Of a DNA stretch of 64,000 nucleotides, positions 12,437-26,833 are shown piece after piece. Positions within the stretch are counted from its first letter, which is position 1, and the number at the start of each line of letters is the position of its first letter. The DNA is taken from positions 310,001 through 374,000 of the forward strand of contig NMRA01000096.1 in the NCBI GenBank assembly GCA_002633005.1. Direction: 5' to 3'. Below the pieces are notes generated by a model, which was not told where the DNA came from, did no database searches, and was given only the letters and a program-made list of their open reading frames with translations. The DNA is from Phoronis australis (taxonomy: Eukaryota > Animalia > Phoronida). Position numbers and translations under genes: made by a program.

Positions 12437-15400
12437 AATCAGCCCTCTTTAATCCATAACAAAATTACGTCTAACGCTGTTAGAAATTTTCCTGGTGTAC
12501 AGTAACATGCGAAGTTGCACAAAAAAGTTGAGAAACTGATAGGTACGCAATATATCAACATTTCTTAATCTGTCTCAGCTCATACACGTTGAGTTACGAG
12601 TTGAATTCAAGATGCAAGCACAAGGAGTCTTTACTTTGATCGGTTGCTGACATACCTAACACTCCTCTGAATGTAACTACCATAACAGCCTCAATACTTC
12701 CAGTGGATGTTCAAAACATGAACGCCAGCACACCAGTTGTAAGAGATATGTGCCACCATAGGTAACAAGACAGATAACCTTCAATAACTTCCAAACTACC
12801 TTCATTTAAACCTCATCAGGTCAACACTGGGAGCTCAGGGCATCTTTGAAATGCTATAGTTTCCAGTAATTATTTCAGCATGTGGAATTTGGTTAGAACA
12901 AATTGGACATGGTTTGGATAACAACTTGTAAGTCAAATATTAGTTCCAGGCTAGCCTGATTTCCAGAACAACTGTTTCACTTGATTTAAGCCCTGTCCGC
13001 ATAGTATAATAGTCATCAACAATTTTCACAAACATCAACTAACAACTGGAGAGAATAGACAGGTGCTTCGATGCAATTATCAAACTCATAAGGCATATAC
13101 TGTCAATTGGGAAATAGCACTTTAGTTGGGCTCAGGAGATCGCTGGCCAATAAGCGGTGTGAAAGGTCACGTGACACTTACTATTCAGATAGAAAATGAA
13201 AAAGGCTCTCAAAAGCAGGGAATGTCGAAAGGGGCCGTTGTCTGAAATGCAGCGAAGACATGATTTTAGAAACAGTGGACTCATAGAAGAGTCAGTAATG
13301 ATGCATGCCATGATGCATTTGAGATGAGATTTTCAGTTCTGAACATGTGTTCAACTAGTGGTCTCCGTAGTTCAGGGAGACAGAAACATGATCAGCAGAA
13401 AATGTCGAGGTAAATCCTAAGTTGGAACTGTGATCTGTTCCATAATAGTAACTTACTACTTAATTCCGAAAAATAATTGAAACTCACTTTCAGTAAGCAA
13501 AAGAATAATGTATCTGCAATAGACCCATAATTGTTGCTCGCTCAGAAAAATTGTACAAATTATTTCCAGTCAGTGACGTTCTAATTATTACATGGCAATT
13601 GTGACGTGGGAGCGTAAGGCCAAATTTTCAAGTCCACAGGAAGTCTACAAATAAAAGTCACAAAATCCCAGTTGTAACTGTGTTCACACTGCCACAGCTC
13701 CCACACTGAATATAAGACAACACTGAATATAAGAAACATCTAAACGCCAATCAGACAACTATTAATAACTAATTTTAGTGTTTTTTGACAATGTAAGCTC
13801 AATCACAAACTTCTCACAGATGGCGTGACATGTTCTTGAGCTTTTGGAAGGCAGCTCTGTTCAACTAACAAAACTTTCATTTCCAGTTTCATCCCACCTT
13901 GTCAGTCAGCCCAGCTGAGTCACTTGACAATGAGATAAAACCAAATGTTTACCAGGCTACCACTTCTGGTAATCAAGGTCCTGATAAAGATAACCATATT
14001 GCCATTCTTTGTCAGATGTGGTCCTCTGGGTGACACACACAACTATCTGAATGGTGCTGATAAACTGTAAACATTTTCCAACTTCAAGAACTTTATCTCA
14101 AGCTGTTTCGGAATGGTACCAGGTGGGCAAGCTAATTTGCTAAGCCTACTCCTCCTAGAGGTTAGAAGCTCTAAGTATACTTGAGTTTCACCATCAGAGT
14201 AAATGTAGGGTTTATCATTTACCGTAACCTGAGTTACCAAGATTACCATAGTAACTGTACTTCAAACTCTTTCGTGCTTCAATGAATGCATAGACAAGCA
14301 TTTTAGAGGCAAACTAGAATTTCCTGAAAACTTATGTTTGTTGAAATTTTTGATAAAACATAATTCCATTTGTTCACCACATCATGTCCAAACTGAAGAG
14401 CATTTAGAATACCTTGCATCATCAAAACCTAGTTGGAGACAATGATACAATGAACAGATAGAGTTATTGATTTTCCCAACATGTACAAGGTCAATAAGTG
14501 AACAAGAAAACATGGAAGAAATTAACCACAGCGAGTAAGGTAGACCTGTGTGTCTTGTATCAATTTCATGTTGATATACAGTTATCAAAAAATTTTAATT
14601 AGAATTCTGAAGTTAAAGTAGTGCGAGATGAAAAATCAATATACAACATGTGAAATTAAGTTTAGAATGATTAAAAGTGAAACAAAACATATCATTGAAC
14701 TTTTAATCACCTACGTAAGTATATACTGTGGAAAAATGAAATGAAAAAGCGAAGACGAACCATGGAGAGAGACTGAACAGGCAGCGTCTACCACTGAACC
14801 GGATCACATATCACCAACTCCCTACCAATATGTATAACAAACAACTCTATCAACAAGGCATACCATTAAAAGTGCACTTTAGAAATGCACGAGTCGGGGC
14901 AAAAAGCAAGCGATATGTCTTCATAGTAAGTTAATTACATCTGGTATCAAGAATCCGCAAACACATTCATCCCCTCCGGTCAGACTGAACTCTCCATGAA
15001 CTGTTTAAAAAATGTCCAACTTTAAAACCAAGAGGCATTGTGAGGAAAAAGCGACTGTTTACCTATAATGCTTCACTTCTGTCAGTGGCAATAGCCATTT
15101 TCTGATAGCAGTACACAATGAATGCGCTCTGGCCATTATGAAGCACTTGACTTACGACATTGTGATTTGACAGCGTTTTTTATATTTCTTGCAATCACCA
15201 GCACTCATATTATCACTAATGATTCACAGAAAAAGTCCAAGAATGGGGAAATAGCGCTTTGTCTTTCTGTTTTACTTGCCAGAATTTGACATGGGGTCAA
15301 TTATTCAGTCACATGATCAAACACTATAGAGTGTGTAAGATGTTTCCTACTTCAACCTCATCACAGTTAGCAATGCTCTACATCAAATTTAAACTGACTC

Positions 15401-17807
15401 ATCAATTCAAAGTCAACAGATTTGTGCTATCATGTGAAACTCTTCTGCCCCCAGTATTGACAATCACATCATTGCAGCATTTGCTTTCTTGCCTCACAAA
15501 TTAGAGAGTTGATTTCAAGATGATGTTACAGTACTCACTCACAGTGACTAAGGCATCTACGGAAGTGAGATTAACACCATACCTAACGAATGCTCACGGT
15601 GCTGAATGCCAGAGGGTTAGAATTGAACTTGCTTAACATTTGAAATATCGGGATTGGTCACTTCCGGCAACATAAGCCTGACAGGGGGACTAATCTGCGT
15701 TTCAAGTCGCACTATTCCTGCAGTTTGGTCACTAGAGCGTGCAGGCAATGAACCGAGCACGCATATTATTGCGCTTATTTTCTATCCTGATGCAAAAGAA
15801 GTCACACTGGATATCATATAACCAGCAGATATTTACATTTTGGGTAAATATGATGCGTAGCACACATAATCCATATGCGTAGTGTACAAATATACTCCTG
15901 TAGACAATATTTAGGAGTTATTTCATCAGCGTAAGCCGTGGCCTCAATATTTTGAAATTGGAAACTCCTGCTGCACATAACCTTTTGAACCAAGACAACA
16001 ATCATAAAGTAATCAAAACACTGTATTACCGGAGGGGGGCCCAGGTCTTCGTCACAGACAGCAGGCAAAGTGCAAGTAACACACAGACTTGTACAACGGT
16101 CCAGACGTTCACACAAAGAACCTCTCTTTCATTTGTAATCCAGTTACACCGCCGTATGTAGTAAAAAACGCATGACCTACTACAAACAGGACTAAAATAT
16201 CAAAGGCAGGCCTTAAAGCAAACATGGAAATTATGATGTATTGATTTTTGACAGTGTTCAGTGTCCTTCATACACATAGGGAACTAACTCGATCCTGCTC
16301 TGCAGCAAAGCTTATAAACAGCACGGCACAATGATTTCAAACTTACCTACACAGTCACTGAATCACAAAATTCACCTGCCAAGGTAAACAGAATGTAGCA
16401 CAGAAACCCTCTCTGTATCGTGTCCTTTAGTGACCGACAAATAATAAGGACTGACTGACAGAGGGCGGTTACATTTTATGTACATCCTGAAGATGACTGT
16501 TGACATATATAAAGGATTTGTCACACAATAACTTACTTAGAGAAATACAACCTGCTGCACTCACAGGGGTATTATGTAATACCAGAAAACAACAAAGCAA
16601 GAATCATCCTCTGAATCACTGAATAGACAGCATTTGCGATTTCCTGTTTACTCCTAAGGTATTATGTCAACCACACACAAGATGGCTGATTGCAATATGC
16701 TGACCCATGTCAGATTAAGCAATCAGAATATGCCTTCATCACTCATCAGCCTAATTAGAAGAGCAATAACATCTTTGGTAAACTGGGGTAATAACAGGGA
16801 TGTGTTCCATAAAATAATTAAGTTTCTTAGAGAAGAACAGATCACACAAGACGGAGCAAAATCACGCCACTAAAAGGCATGTTTTGTAAGCTCTAGTAGC
16901 AAAATGGCTAAAAGTGTTTGGCCATTGGATTGTTGAATTGTGGGAGTACATCCTAAGTAAAAACCTTATTTCCATTACATAAACTATGGTTTCTCACCGC
17001 AGCAGTATCACAGCGAGTGTCTTGTGTTTAAGGAACTACCCCTGATGTGGGCTAAAGATTTCACTGGATGAAGATTAGTTTAATTGGCATCTTTGACAGA
17101 TATCAAAACAGATCACCCACCACTGGAGGAGACAAACACTGCTAAAGTTTTACTAACAGCTTTAATGCATGGTTTCCAAATGATCCAACCAACACAGACT
17201 GAGGAGAACTGTCATACTGCCTGGAAACTACGTGTCCATCCACAACAGAGGTCACTGGATCCAACACATCTAGTACAAGAATCAAAACCCTAATCTCACA
17301 CTAAATGCAAAACATCAACTGTGAATGTCAAGCCGTTATGCAACGTAGAATTCTATTATTTTGACCATTTCCTCCACTAACATCTGCATAGGTTATTGTC
17401 ATTCCTGACATTCTAGTCTTGTAAGTGGAGATTTATACCTCATTACTTAAGCAACTGACTGCTAACATTTTTTGCTATGTTTCCCATACCGATCTAAAAT
17501 AAAAGATTTACTTACTTACTTACTAACTTTCTTACTTACTAGCCATAGCTAATAGACTCGCCACAAGCAAATGGTCACCAAGTTCACAAATCTGTTAATC
17601 AATGTGACAGGTAACAGACCTGTCATACCTACTGTTCACATCGTTCCTCAGTTTTAAAATGACTGCAATTCAACACCCATTTTTAGTAAAGCAATGTCCA
17701 AGACACCAGAAATCTTTGAAGAGGCTTTCAAATATTGACAAAAGTCGAAGACTTCATTGTAAGCATGAAAGACGGCACTTGGTGATAGTACTGTAAAATC
17801 ACACCTG

Positions 17808-18128
17808 TTAAAGACAATACAGCGGACGAGTGACTTTTTTCATTTTTTCAAAAAATGATAACTAGCACAGTTCTAGTATACTACCAAAAGAAAATGCATT
17901 CATGACAAATGTTAGAAGCACTTGAAAAAAGAAAAATCTCAATTTTGGCAATCATTTTTCCAAAATTGGTGGGATTTTATCGTAAAATACCTACTGTTAT
18001 GTAGTTAAAATCCTTGGTTTGATCGAATATCCCCCCAGAGAAAGCTGTTCAGGTTGCAGTGTTGTGTTGATGTCAACAGGCTTGTCATAATAAACAGGTG
18101 AATGTAGGTTTACTGGCTGTGCCTTTAA
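17808..18128. mobile_element. TTAA-flanked (Kolobok-like) non-autonomous element, degenerate
   Basis: ttaaagacaatacagc ... gctgtgcctttaa imperfect inverted ends with TTAA on both sides. Confidence 0.4.
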
Positions 18129-19442
18129 AGTTGATGAATACTGGGCCTGAAAAGTGCATTAATAGTTTAATTGTATTACAAAGAATGGTTACAACAGGTA
18201 GTCAAAACAGAGGCTTAAAGGGAAATCAGATTAGGCAATCAGGTGAAAACTACTGAATAATCTGGCTTGTCTATGCTGAATACCTGTGGAAATGAACAGC
18301 ATTGCCTGATTTTGTAGTGCGAGTGCAGACAAAGACGTACTGGCGCCTCGAATGCAAATGAGCTCAGCTCATAGCTCGTGTCTGCGGACTGTGAGCATTT
18401 TGCTAGGCATGAGGCGAATATCTCACTCGATGGCTTTCTTTTAGCAAGTGTAGTTAAATTCTAACAATATGTGGGTCAGGTGAGCTTAGTGCTTAGTCGA
18501 TTACCTTTTACCTTCCAAACCCAATGAAATTTAATTAAATTGCACCACCTGACAACAACAAATCTCTCTCAGCGTGTACTATATTTACGCTGTTCACCTT
18601 CAATATAATACATAAGTCAGTGCAGGGGGAGAAATAAGTCATCAGTATTTGGGGCTCAACAAGCCCGATGAGTAACATCAACTACAGATTTTAAAACCTG
18701 TGTCTCAACCATGACACAAATCTTAAACCAAAACCTTCACAATCTTGGGACAGTTCACGCTTGAGACAGTGTAAGCTTCAACTCATTCAAAAACTAAAAA
18801 CTCAATTTGTCTCAGGAGACCAGTGAAAATGATAGTCTGAATGTTCGAGTTGAAGATACTCTCCAGACTAGCTTCAACAGGCGTTTTACATCAACCATTC
18901 AAGAACCAATCTTAATTTTCAATGCTAAATTAAATTATGTACCTAGCTACTTCAACAATTTAAAAGAATTGCTGGATAAGCAAATGTTATAACCTTTGAA
19001 CCATTGAAGAGATGCTTGACACAATTAGCCTCAAACAATTCAGTGTCAAAGCACTTGAATAAGTGGCCAGCTTATCAATTTTGCTCTTTACTTGAACTCA
19101 TTATTTGGTGAAATTTTCTCCAAATTACTCTGTCTGCTTCTTTGATTTATATGAAAACTTGTACTTAAGATGCGATTGTTTTGGTAAAAATTGGGCACTA
19201 CGTGGTTCACTTCAACATGGCAGTCATTTTACGTTTTTTTTTTTCTTTAAACAAAACTATAGCTACGTAATTGTTTGACGGACCTTCCCGAAACTCAGCA
19301 TATGAGTAGGGCACTTACCACGTTCGATTAATTGAAATTTACTAACGACTAGGCTCTTACTGTTTCTTGCATACTTTTTGGTTTACTATCAATTGTGTAA
19401 GTCTCTAAGTTTCTTATAAATCATTTCTATATAAACTTTTAA

Positions 19443-19471
19443 CACCACCACCACCACCACCACCACCACCA
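19443..19471. repeat. (CAC)n microsatellite
   Basis: About 9 perfect CAC units. Confidence 0.95.
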
Positions 19472-21919
19472 ATGTTTTCGACATTATCACTTTCATCATC
19501 ACTATCTTTCATTCTATATCACCAAGTGTTGTTCACAAGGGGTCGCTTTATCAAAGTCAATACGACCAGCCCTAGTTACGACTGTCATATTTTAAATTTT
19601 TATGAGCACGCAGCTCGTTAAAGTGGTCTATGAAGATAGTCAATGAGGGTGAATAAAATCTAAGGTTGAATTTATGTTGCTCTGCAATGTTCCTTATCTC
19701 CTATTTAACAGGGCTGCATTGGCAGCACCATGTCTCAGCTGTCATGGCCCCTGAGTACTTTCGTAACTCACCACCACTAAACTACGTCCCCATAAGCATA
19801 CCTCGACATGAACTCACTGGTACATTCCTTGAATAACAGTCTTACAATGACATGATTTTACCTACCATACATTAAGAAATTTATGGTAAATTCTATCACC
19901 AAAGGAGTAATGGGCCACAAAAAGGAATAGCATCCGTAAAGTTTGGTTTGCGAACATGTATCAGTAATAGCTCCATACTTACAGTAAATGTTCCCCAATT
20001 TGGGATAGCCTCTTAAAGTTGGGACGCCGAAATTTAAGGTGAACTTGAATTTTTCCGATTCTCAAATTTGGGACACGAGTCACTTTGCTTTGATCAACAA
20101 GGCCCTCAATGTCTCTCTCGATTTTGAGGCCAAATATCGGCCCCATTTCCCTACTTAAAAATCTTGCAAATTTCCCTCATCAGGCCCCAAAATTTCCTTC
20201 CAAAGATTAAAAAATCGTCAAAAAAGCAGACCCTTAGATTCAGAAAGTTGTACAGTGCTCAACGCTATATTAAATGCCAAGTTGCATTTAGCGACCTGGC
20301 GAAAATTCCAGGTCGCCAAACGAAACCTGAGGTCACCGACTAAAAAAGAAAAAACTTTGAACGGCCATAACGCCACTCATTCTCTTGAGCTTCTCCAATT
20401 TCCCCATAAATGCCTAAATATAGGTATACATTCATTCTCTAACTCAATTGTTCCTACCCACGAACGAACATCGAATGGAGACGACCGCATGGGCTGATTG
20501 CCCGAATTTCACCAGTTTTTGCCGAACAATTCTGACTTCAGTCTGTTTACTTTCTGTTGTAACTGAAGCATGGTGCCAAATGCACTGAATTCACGAAATA
20601 AACGCAACAACTGTGAACCACAGGTAATAAATCTTGGAAAACTGTTAGTAAGTTTGGAAGTCAACATGAACTTTGAAACGAATTTAGAGGGAATTATTGT
20701 GTATTACTAGCACTAGCGAATTCATGGAAACTTGGAATTTTTACCAGGTTGCCAAACACAAACTGACGACCAGCAAGTCGCCAAACCCAGTGCTGTTGTA
20801 TTAAAGGAGCAATACACCAGCGTTGCGTGGGCCAAACTAGCTTTTGATTTAGACCACTAGTACCGCTGTAAAATAGGTCTGAAATTCTTCTTTTATCAGA
20901 CGAGAAATCAGACGAGAAGTGGTTTTTGGTCTGGCAAAGAACTGACAGTTTGTCATTCTCAAGATCACGCTCGTCGCTCGGTGAACAGAATGACACATCG
21001 TGAGAAGCATCAAGTTGCACAGTCCAATCTCAAACACTAAGGAGAGTTCGAAGCCCAAAAATCAAATCTTTTTTGATTAAGGAGCAGTTAGAGACCAATT
21101 TCATAGCGGTCTAAATCGAATTTACACAAGTATTTGTGAACAGTGTTGTGGTGTTTTAATTTCCATTGTCGTCTATCACTAATTAACTACAACATAGGTC
21201 TACCACAATTTGAGTCCCCTTAGGTACCCCAGGTTTGTAAGTTAGAAAAGGCAACACCAAGGCATAAAAAGCACTATAGATTGCTGACATGCCAGCAGTT
21301 TTACAATGGACAAAAAGTGCAACCACGCATGCAAACTGGTTCACATAATTGGCTGGGTGATTTCAGACAATGCCTGATCTTCAGTCATGTGTACAACATA
21401 TGGTTCATTTGACCCCATAACAAAGACTACCAAGATTTCTTCCAACTATAATTTTCACATGCAATGAAGTGAACAAAAGCTAGTGACATCCAATAGCCTT
21501 AACACTATTGAATCAGAAGCTAACACATGATGAACAAAATGCAGTTTTTACACCTCTCTTTGCCAATGTCATACTAATATTTCCCCATGTCAAGACCCTG
21601 AGAACTGAGAAGTTACTTGCATGTACCGTACATACCGTACTATAAGCTTCTCCTGCCTTTCCAAGCCTCTGAGTCTATACACTGAGTGCATACATAACAA
21701 AAGGGATCCCAAAACATTTCACTTCAGTGAGAATTCAATTCTACCCAAAAGTCAGATAGCACAAGATAAAGTAACAGGTTATGCAATGGCGAGATTGGGG
21801 ACATCAAGTGATTCTTCTGTGTAGAATTTTTCCCACAGCGTGGATGGCTGGTAGGCAATAGCCTCCTCTTGAGAGAGACTCTCTAACCTTCAGGTTAATG
21901 CCTAATTTAGTGAAATTTA

Positions 21920-22090
21920 GAGAACCAGTTTCATCCACTAAATAACAGCCGTTATTCAGTGATCGCCTGGTTCTCTAAATCAGGGTCTATTATATCCCAC
22001 TAGTGCACAAGGCATCTATAATTCTGGGTCCCTGATTTTGAAAAGCAGGCTAAAATGGACCGGTTATTCAGTGAATGAAACTGGTTATCA
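21920..22090. repeat. Inverted-repeat element, with a related copy at about 2245-2330
   Basis: agaaccagtttcatccactaaataac pairs with gttattcagtgaatgaaactggttat; a similar gagaaccagttt...aaactggttctc occurs at 2251-2296. Confidence 0.6.
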
Positions 22091-22531
22091 AAATGAGAGA
22101 CCATTAAATTTTACAAATGACAGATTTTGTAAGTGACTATTGTCATCATGTAGGCCTAATAATGCAGCTTTTGTAGGACCTAACCTAAATAATTTTTTTT
22201 GAAATTTTGTGACTAGACAGGTGGGTACAGGTTTTGTCCTGATCGAAAAACGCGCAGTGCCATAGGATGTTCGTCTATAACTCTGATAATTTTCATCGCA
22301 ATAAGGGTTATGGATAACTGCAAATTAATGTGAAAAGCAACTCAAGACAGATGGGTCTAAGTAAAAGAACCACCTGACCATGTCATGTGTTGTTGAGAAC
22401 CGAATGCACAGCTGGGCACTGTCTGTGGCGTGTTCTTTGAAGCAGTTATTTAACGTTTCTCATTGGAAAACACAATGTCTCAAGATAACGATTGAGGGTG
22501 AAATCTTACAAAACAGAAGTCTAAAGCTTAC

Positions 22532-22740
22532 CAAAACTTGACGATCGCAGGAACAGGGTTGAACAGTCACTGGAGATCGGTAAGCTAACTTTCATCGCAC
22601 AACAATAAGCGACAACTTCGGTGATGAATCAAATCGAGGCGCGTTATTATTTTATGCTCGTTCCGGGTCTTGTTTACTTCCGCATTAATGGCATTCGAGG
22701 TACGCCTCTGGTGGTGCTACGTCGGAAATTCCCTCCCCCC
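22532..22740 (-). promoter_or_regulatory. Candidate LHFPL2-like promoter and non-coding first exon
   Basis: Local CpG enrichment, ETS-like acttccg / ttccgg / cggaa motifs at 22660-22730, and a minus-strand donor G|gtaagc at 22531. It would splice to the acceptor at 4115 (about 18.4 kb intron). Inferred, with no transcript evidence. Confidence 0.5.
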
Positions 22741-23285
22741 TCCTTGCAAGGATTTGTCGTTCTGTATAAACTATGTTACTACTAAGAATGTTCAACCTAT
22801 TCCAACCAAACACGTTTTTTCGATCCTTAACTTAAATTTAAAATTTTATTTCATTTTACAGTGGTGTAGGCCTGTCGGTGCAAAAAATGAGCCGCCGACC
22901 GTACCCATCTGAACCGGCAAAAACATTCCATTGCTTTGGTAAAATGAATTGAAAGTATACACATTAAGATCAGACTGAAATGCATCTCTAGGTAAAACTA
23001 ATACTGTCAGTACGTTGTGCTTTGAAGAAAAATGCATATATTATAAACTGAATCTTTCATAAAAGCATTTTGAGGTCAAAGATAATAATGATGCGATATA
23101 TTGAGGTATGTGAGTTGCCGTAATCTTATGAACAGTTTTAGTGGAAACAATATTTGTCATGCTTGCATATGCGGATTTTGTGGGGCAGGATACAGTTTCG
23201 TATTTCAGATCCGTTTTGACTCATGTACAACATAACGTTACCGGATCTATGATATCATAAGGGGGGGGGGGGGGCAACATGTTGC

Positions 23286-23308
23286 NNNNNNNNNNNNNNN
23301 NNNNNNNN
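23286..23308. other. Assembly gap (N run) inside a G/C-homopolymer-rich MITE-like repeat
   Basis: 23 Ns flanked by poly-G and C-rich runs; downstream ccctcctttaaatccgcc resembles the reverse complement of the 45106 element end. Confidence 0.9.
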
Positions 23309-25689
23309 NCCCCCTCCCCTCCCCCCCTTCTCCGCTACGGGTCCTAGTTGCTGAACTCAATATTTCCTCACTTTTCACGAAGCAGCCAAAGGGGGGCCCT
23401 CCCTCCTTTAAATCCGCCTATGCTTAGTATCGGGACCATAAACTCTCATACATTGCACTAGTTCTCATTATATTGGCCGATCTCGCTGACACATTTCCGT
23501 GCACAGCCCCGTTTCGGAAGTACCGCCCGAACTGATTCAGGTAGCAGCTATCCATGACATGTTCCGAATGTACGAGCGGAACCTACTGTCAGAAATTCTC
23601 GTTACCACCAAAATAATGTATGTTCTAGTGGTTCGCGGAAAAAGCACGGGTCTCAGTCGCTAGGCTTATGAATTTATATTCTTGAGCGCAATTTCCGAGG
23701 ACCACTAGATTTTTGAAAAATGTGGAAATTCAAACAACGGACAAGAAGATAACATGAAAAAAGAGCGCTTTGCTCTTTCTCATTGGATTTATCCTGGAAC
23801 GAAAAATCTACTTTGAAATCGTTTAATGCGCCAAAGGTAGCGCCAATGACCTCCAGCCCGGTCATTTGAAATTCTGGGCAATGCGCTGGGCCTCGAACGC
23901 TTACTTGTCTTTACGTTCCCACTATCTAATCGACACGCTATTGCTAGTAAGTGCATGAATGACTACAATTTTAGACAAACACCTCTTGGCCACACATTTT
24001 TGCCAGAATATTCACCACACAAATTAAGGTCAATTTGAATCTTAAGCCAATTTTGCAAGGCAGATCCTGTTCATCTGTGTGTAGAAATAAGTTAGTGAAT
24101 GATTTCTCTTTGTAAATTATTTACATGTGTTCTTGCATCATAGTAAAGAAAAAAAATAAAGATTAGAATTATCTTTAACAAGAAGCTCACAGAGAATGCC
24201 TGGTGGAAATGAGGCTCCCCATTGGAGGTGTTTGTATATGGTATCATATTTGAAGATAGAAAACAACAGTACAGTTGTAAATCTGTGACCCACACATGCT
24301 AACCAGGTTAGCCCGAAACTTAAACAAAATCAAATTAGCAAGAATGTTGCTGTTGAAGAAATTAACTCTTTTCCATCCAAGATTCATAATTTACTAACTG
24401 GGCCTATTAAAAAAGAAACCAAAACAAAGGTTTTACATAAAATCAAAATGATGGTTTTCATAAAAGGCTTGCTTTCTGTAGTAAGGCAATTGTCAACCAT
24501 CAAGTCATTTCTGATTTCATCAAATGACTTTTGAGGCTCCATTTTCAAGCAATAAAAGTTTGTTTCCTAAATCTTACGATTGAAAAATTTTCAATTTATG
24601 CATTATAATTTACACAATAGTTTATCCATCATGTGACTGCATGTGAAAACTGTAATTTTCTGTTTTTAACACTGAGGAATTTCTGAAAAACTAACATGCA
24701 TACAACTGGAGCAGCAGGCATATATTTTTACAGTCAATGGAGATGAAAGTCCTTTTTAATAAATCTATGTACCAAGCTGTCGTTTTTGACAGCTATATTT
24801 CTATTGTCCAAACAAAAACAAAAAATTTGGTTAAAGTAAAGAAAAGTTATGGGCAACAATAATAAATTATATAATATAGGAATACTGCAGTTTTGAAAAA
24901 TGAAAGACAAAAGTTGGCAATTGCCTTAACTGTATGACGAATGTCTAACACAAACCTCATGCAGTGGTGTTCAATTAAGAAATACACATGGAAGTACTGG
25001 AAATATTTTAATTCTCATCTTCAATACAAAACTAGTCACAACATACCATTTTATGTTCAATTTCCCAAAATATATTGAAACAACAACTTGAGTAAAATTA
25101 GCAATAACCAGAGTCATCTTGTTTAAATCCCTATTGCACAGCAACCTCTAGGCCAACAGCAAAATGAATCTGTAACAGCAAATCACAACTTGAACAGCAG
25201 ACTTCTCCTGCTGTATTCATAACCTATAGTGACAAAGCAGGATTGAAAACATTTAAAAAATAATGTCACAAAAAAGTTTGGAACAAATTAAAACAGTCAA
25301 AAAATTAAAAATATTTCAATCTTTCTTCCACAATACAGAAATAGGTGTGTATAAACACATAATTTTCCAGTGCACTGGGCACATCACGTTTCCCCTTACC
25401 CAGAAGATCAACAATCTTGGATAACAGTGGATTACTGTAATTACCAAACTAGCCTAAAATCCAGACTTATTCAAAACTAGAAAATAAACAGAGAGAGTGA
25501 AGACTCCCCACGTGGCATTCTAATCCTCCAATCAAAGCAAATACCCAAAAGCTAAATTGCTTTATTCATGCAGTTTGCTTGGGCACAAACTTTGTTGCAT
25601 GCAGGCCATGCAAGTTATCACAGCAAACGATTGAAATACTTTAATTTAACTCTAGGATTGCTGATGTTGATTTTGGGCCAAATAAGTAG

Positions 25690-26200
25690 TAGAAAACCCA
25701 GCACAATTGTTGTAAAAATTTTGCATTCGCTCCAAAAACTTAAATGTCCTTTGTCAGTGCTGCAGAGATACAATGTTGTATACAGGTTTAACTGCCAGTG
25801 TGGTGAGTTTTATGTTGGTATGACAACTAGATTAGGTGAAAGAGCAAAAGAACATTCTAACAGTGACAACAGTGCCCTCTGTATCCATTCCTTGGTAACA
25901 GACCATGTAATAAATTATGCTAATCCTACAATTCTTCAGAATGATATAAATAGATCCAAATTGCCTGTAGGAGAGCCCTATTGTTGATCTAAATGCTAGG
26001 GCTTCACTGAATGGCAACCTGGGGTTACTTGAGCTCACCCTCAGGGGATGACTTTGACCTTTGCATGTGACTGCTTTACAAGTGAGTTTTGATTCAGTTG
26101 ATTTTGTTACTTGTCTGTTGTGGTTTGATATACTCCTTGAGGATGATGAATTGAACTTCAGCGAAACATTGGACTCATGTATATAAGTAAATACAGAATG
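25690..26200 (+). mobile_element. Penelope-like retroelement 3' relic (GIY-YIG endonuclease fragment plus terminal region)
   Basis: KLKCPLSVLQRYNVVYRFNCQCGEFYVGMTTRLGERAKEH...SALCIHS is a GIY-YIG signature. After a frameshift it continues as ...DLNARASLNGNLGLLELTL. No RT is visible. Confidence 0.85.
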
Positions 26201-26833
26201 CTAACAGCAACTGTGCTGGGTTTTCTAACTCTAGGACGTTCAAACAGCAGTCCAATGGCCCCATTGTGGGACATCGTTCCTAAATTAACAGGTCCTCACT
26301 TATGACCACTTTATCATGTCACCAATACAATGCATAATGTTTGGAACCGTAAGGCAGAATTCACATTTATTCAAACAATTATAGCACATCAGAGAACTTG
26401 AAAAGTGCGACCTTAAGACAAAATGCGGACACTTGCATCAATAGCAAATAAAGAAATGCATGATTTAAAAGTATTATAAGCAAATACCACTTATAATTTG
26501 CGTACCCAGAAGTTGTAGTCGGGGACACATGGTCGTTTTGTTGGTAATTGGTAAGCATCGGCTAAAAGCTCAATAAATTGCTCACACAAGGATCATGTTT
26601 GTACTGTTGAAATTGAGACAATTAAAGAAAAATAGTGCCAGTATTGCAAAAAATCAGGTGTAAACCTGAACACTGATACAGCAAATTAAAAGTAGATTAA
26701 ATACAAAACAAAACAAACAAAAAGAAATTACTGTGTAAAAAAAAGTGAGAAATTACATTGTTCAGTTTAAAGCAAAACTTGAGTTAAACTTCAGCTGCAA
26801 GGGTTAAAATGAGGATGCAAGAAGACTTGCGGT

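Noticed and set aside
7400-22500. Many 60-120 aa ORFs in this region, and similar ones at 35-50 kb
   Set aside because: No recognisable domains or consistent splice chains; consistent with chance ORFs in long introns.
23450-23940. CpG-rich block as another promoter or gene start
   Set aside because: No linked exon chain found; it could equally be transposon-derived.
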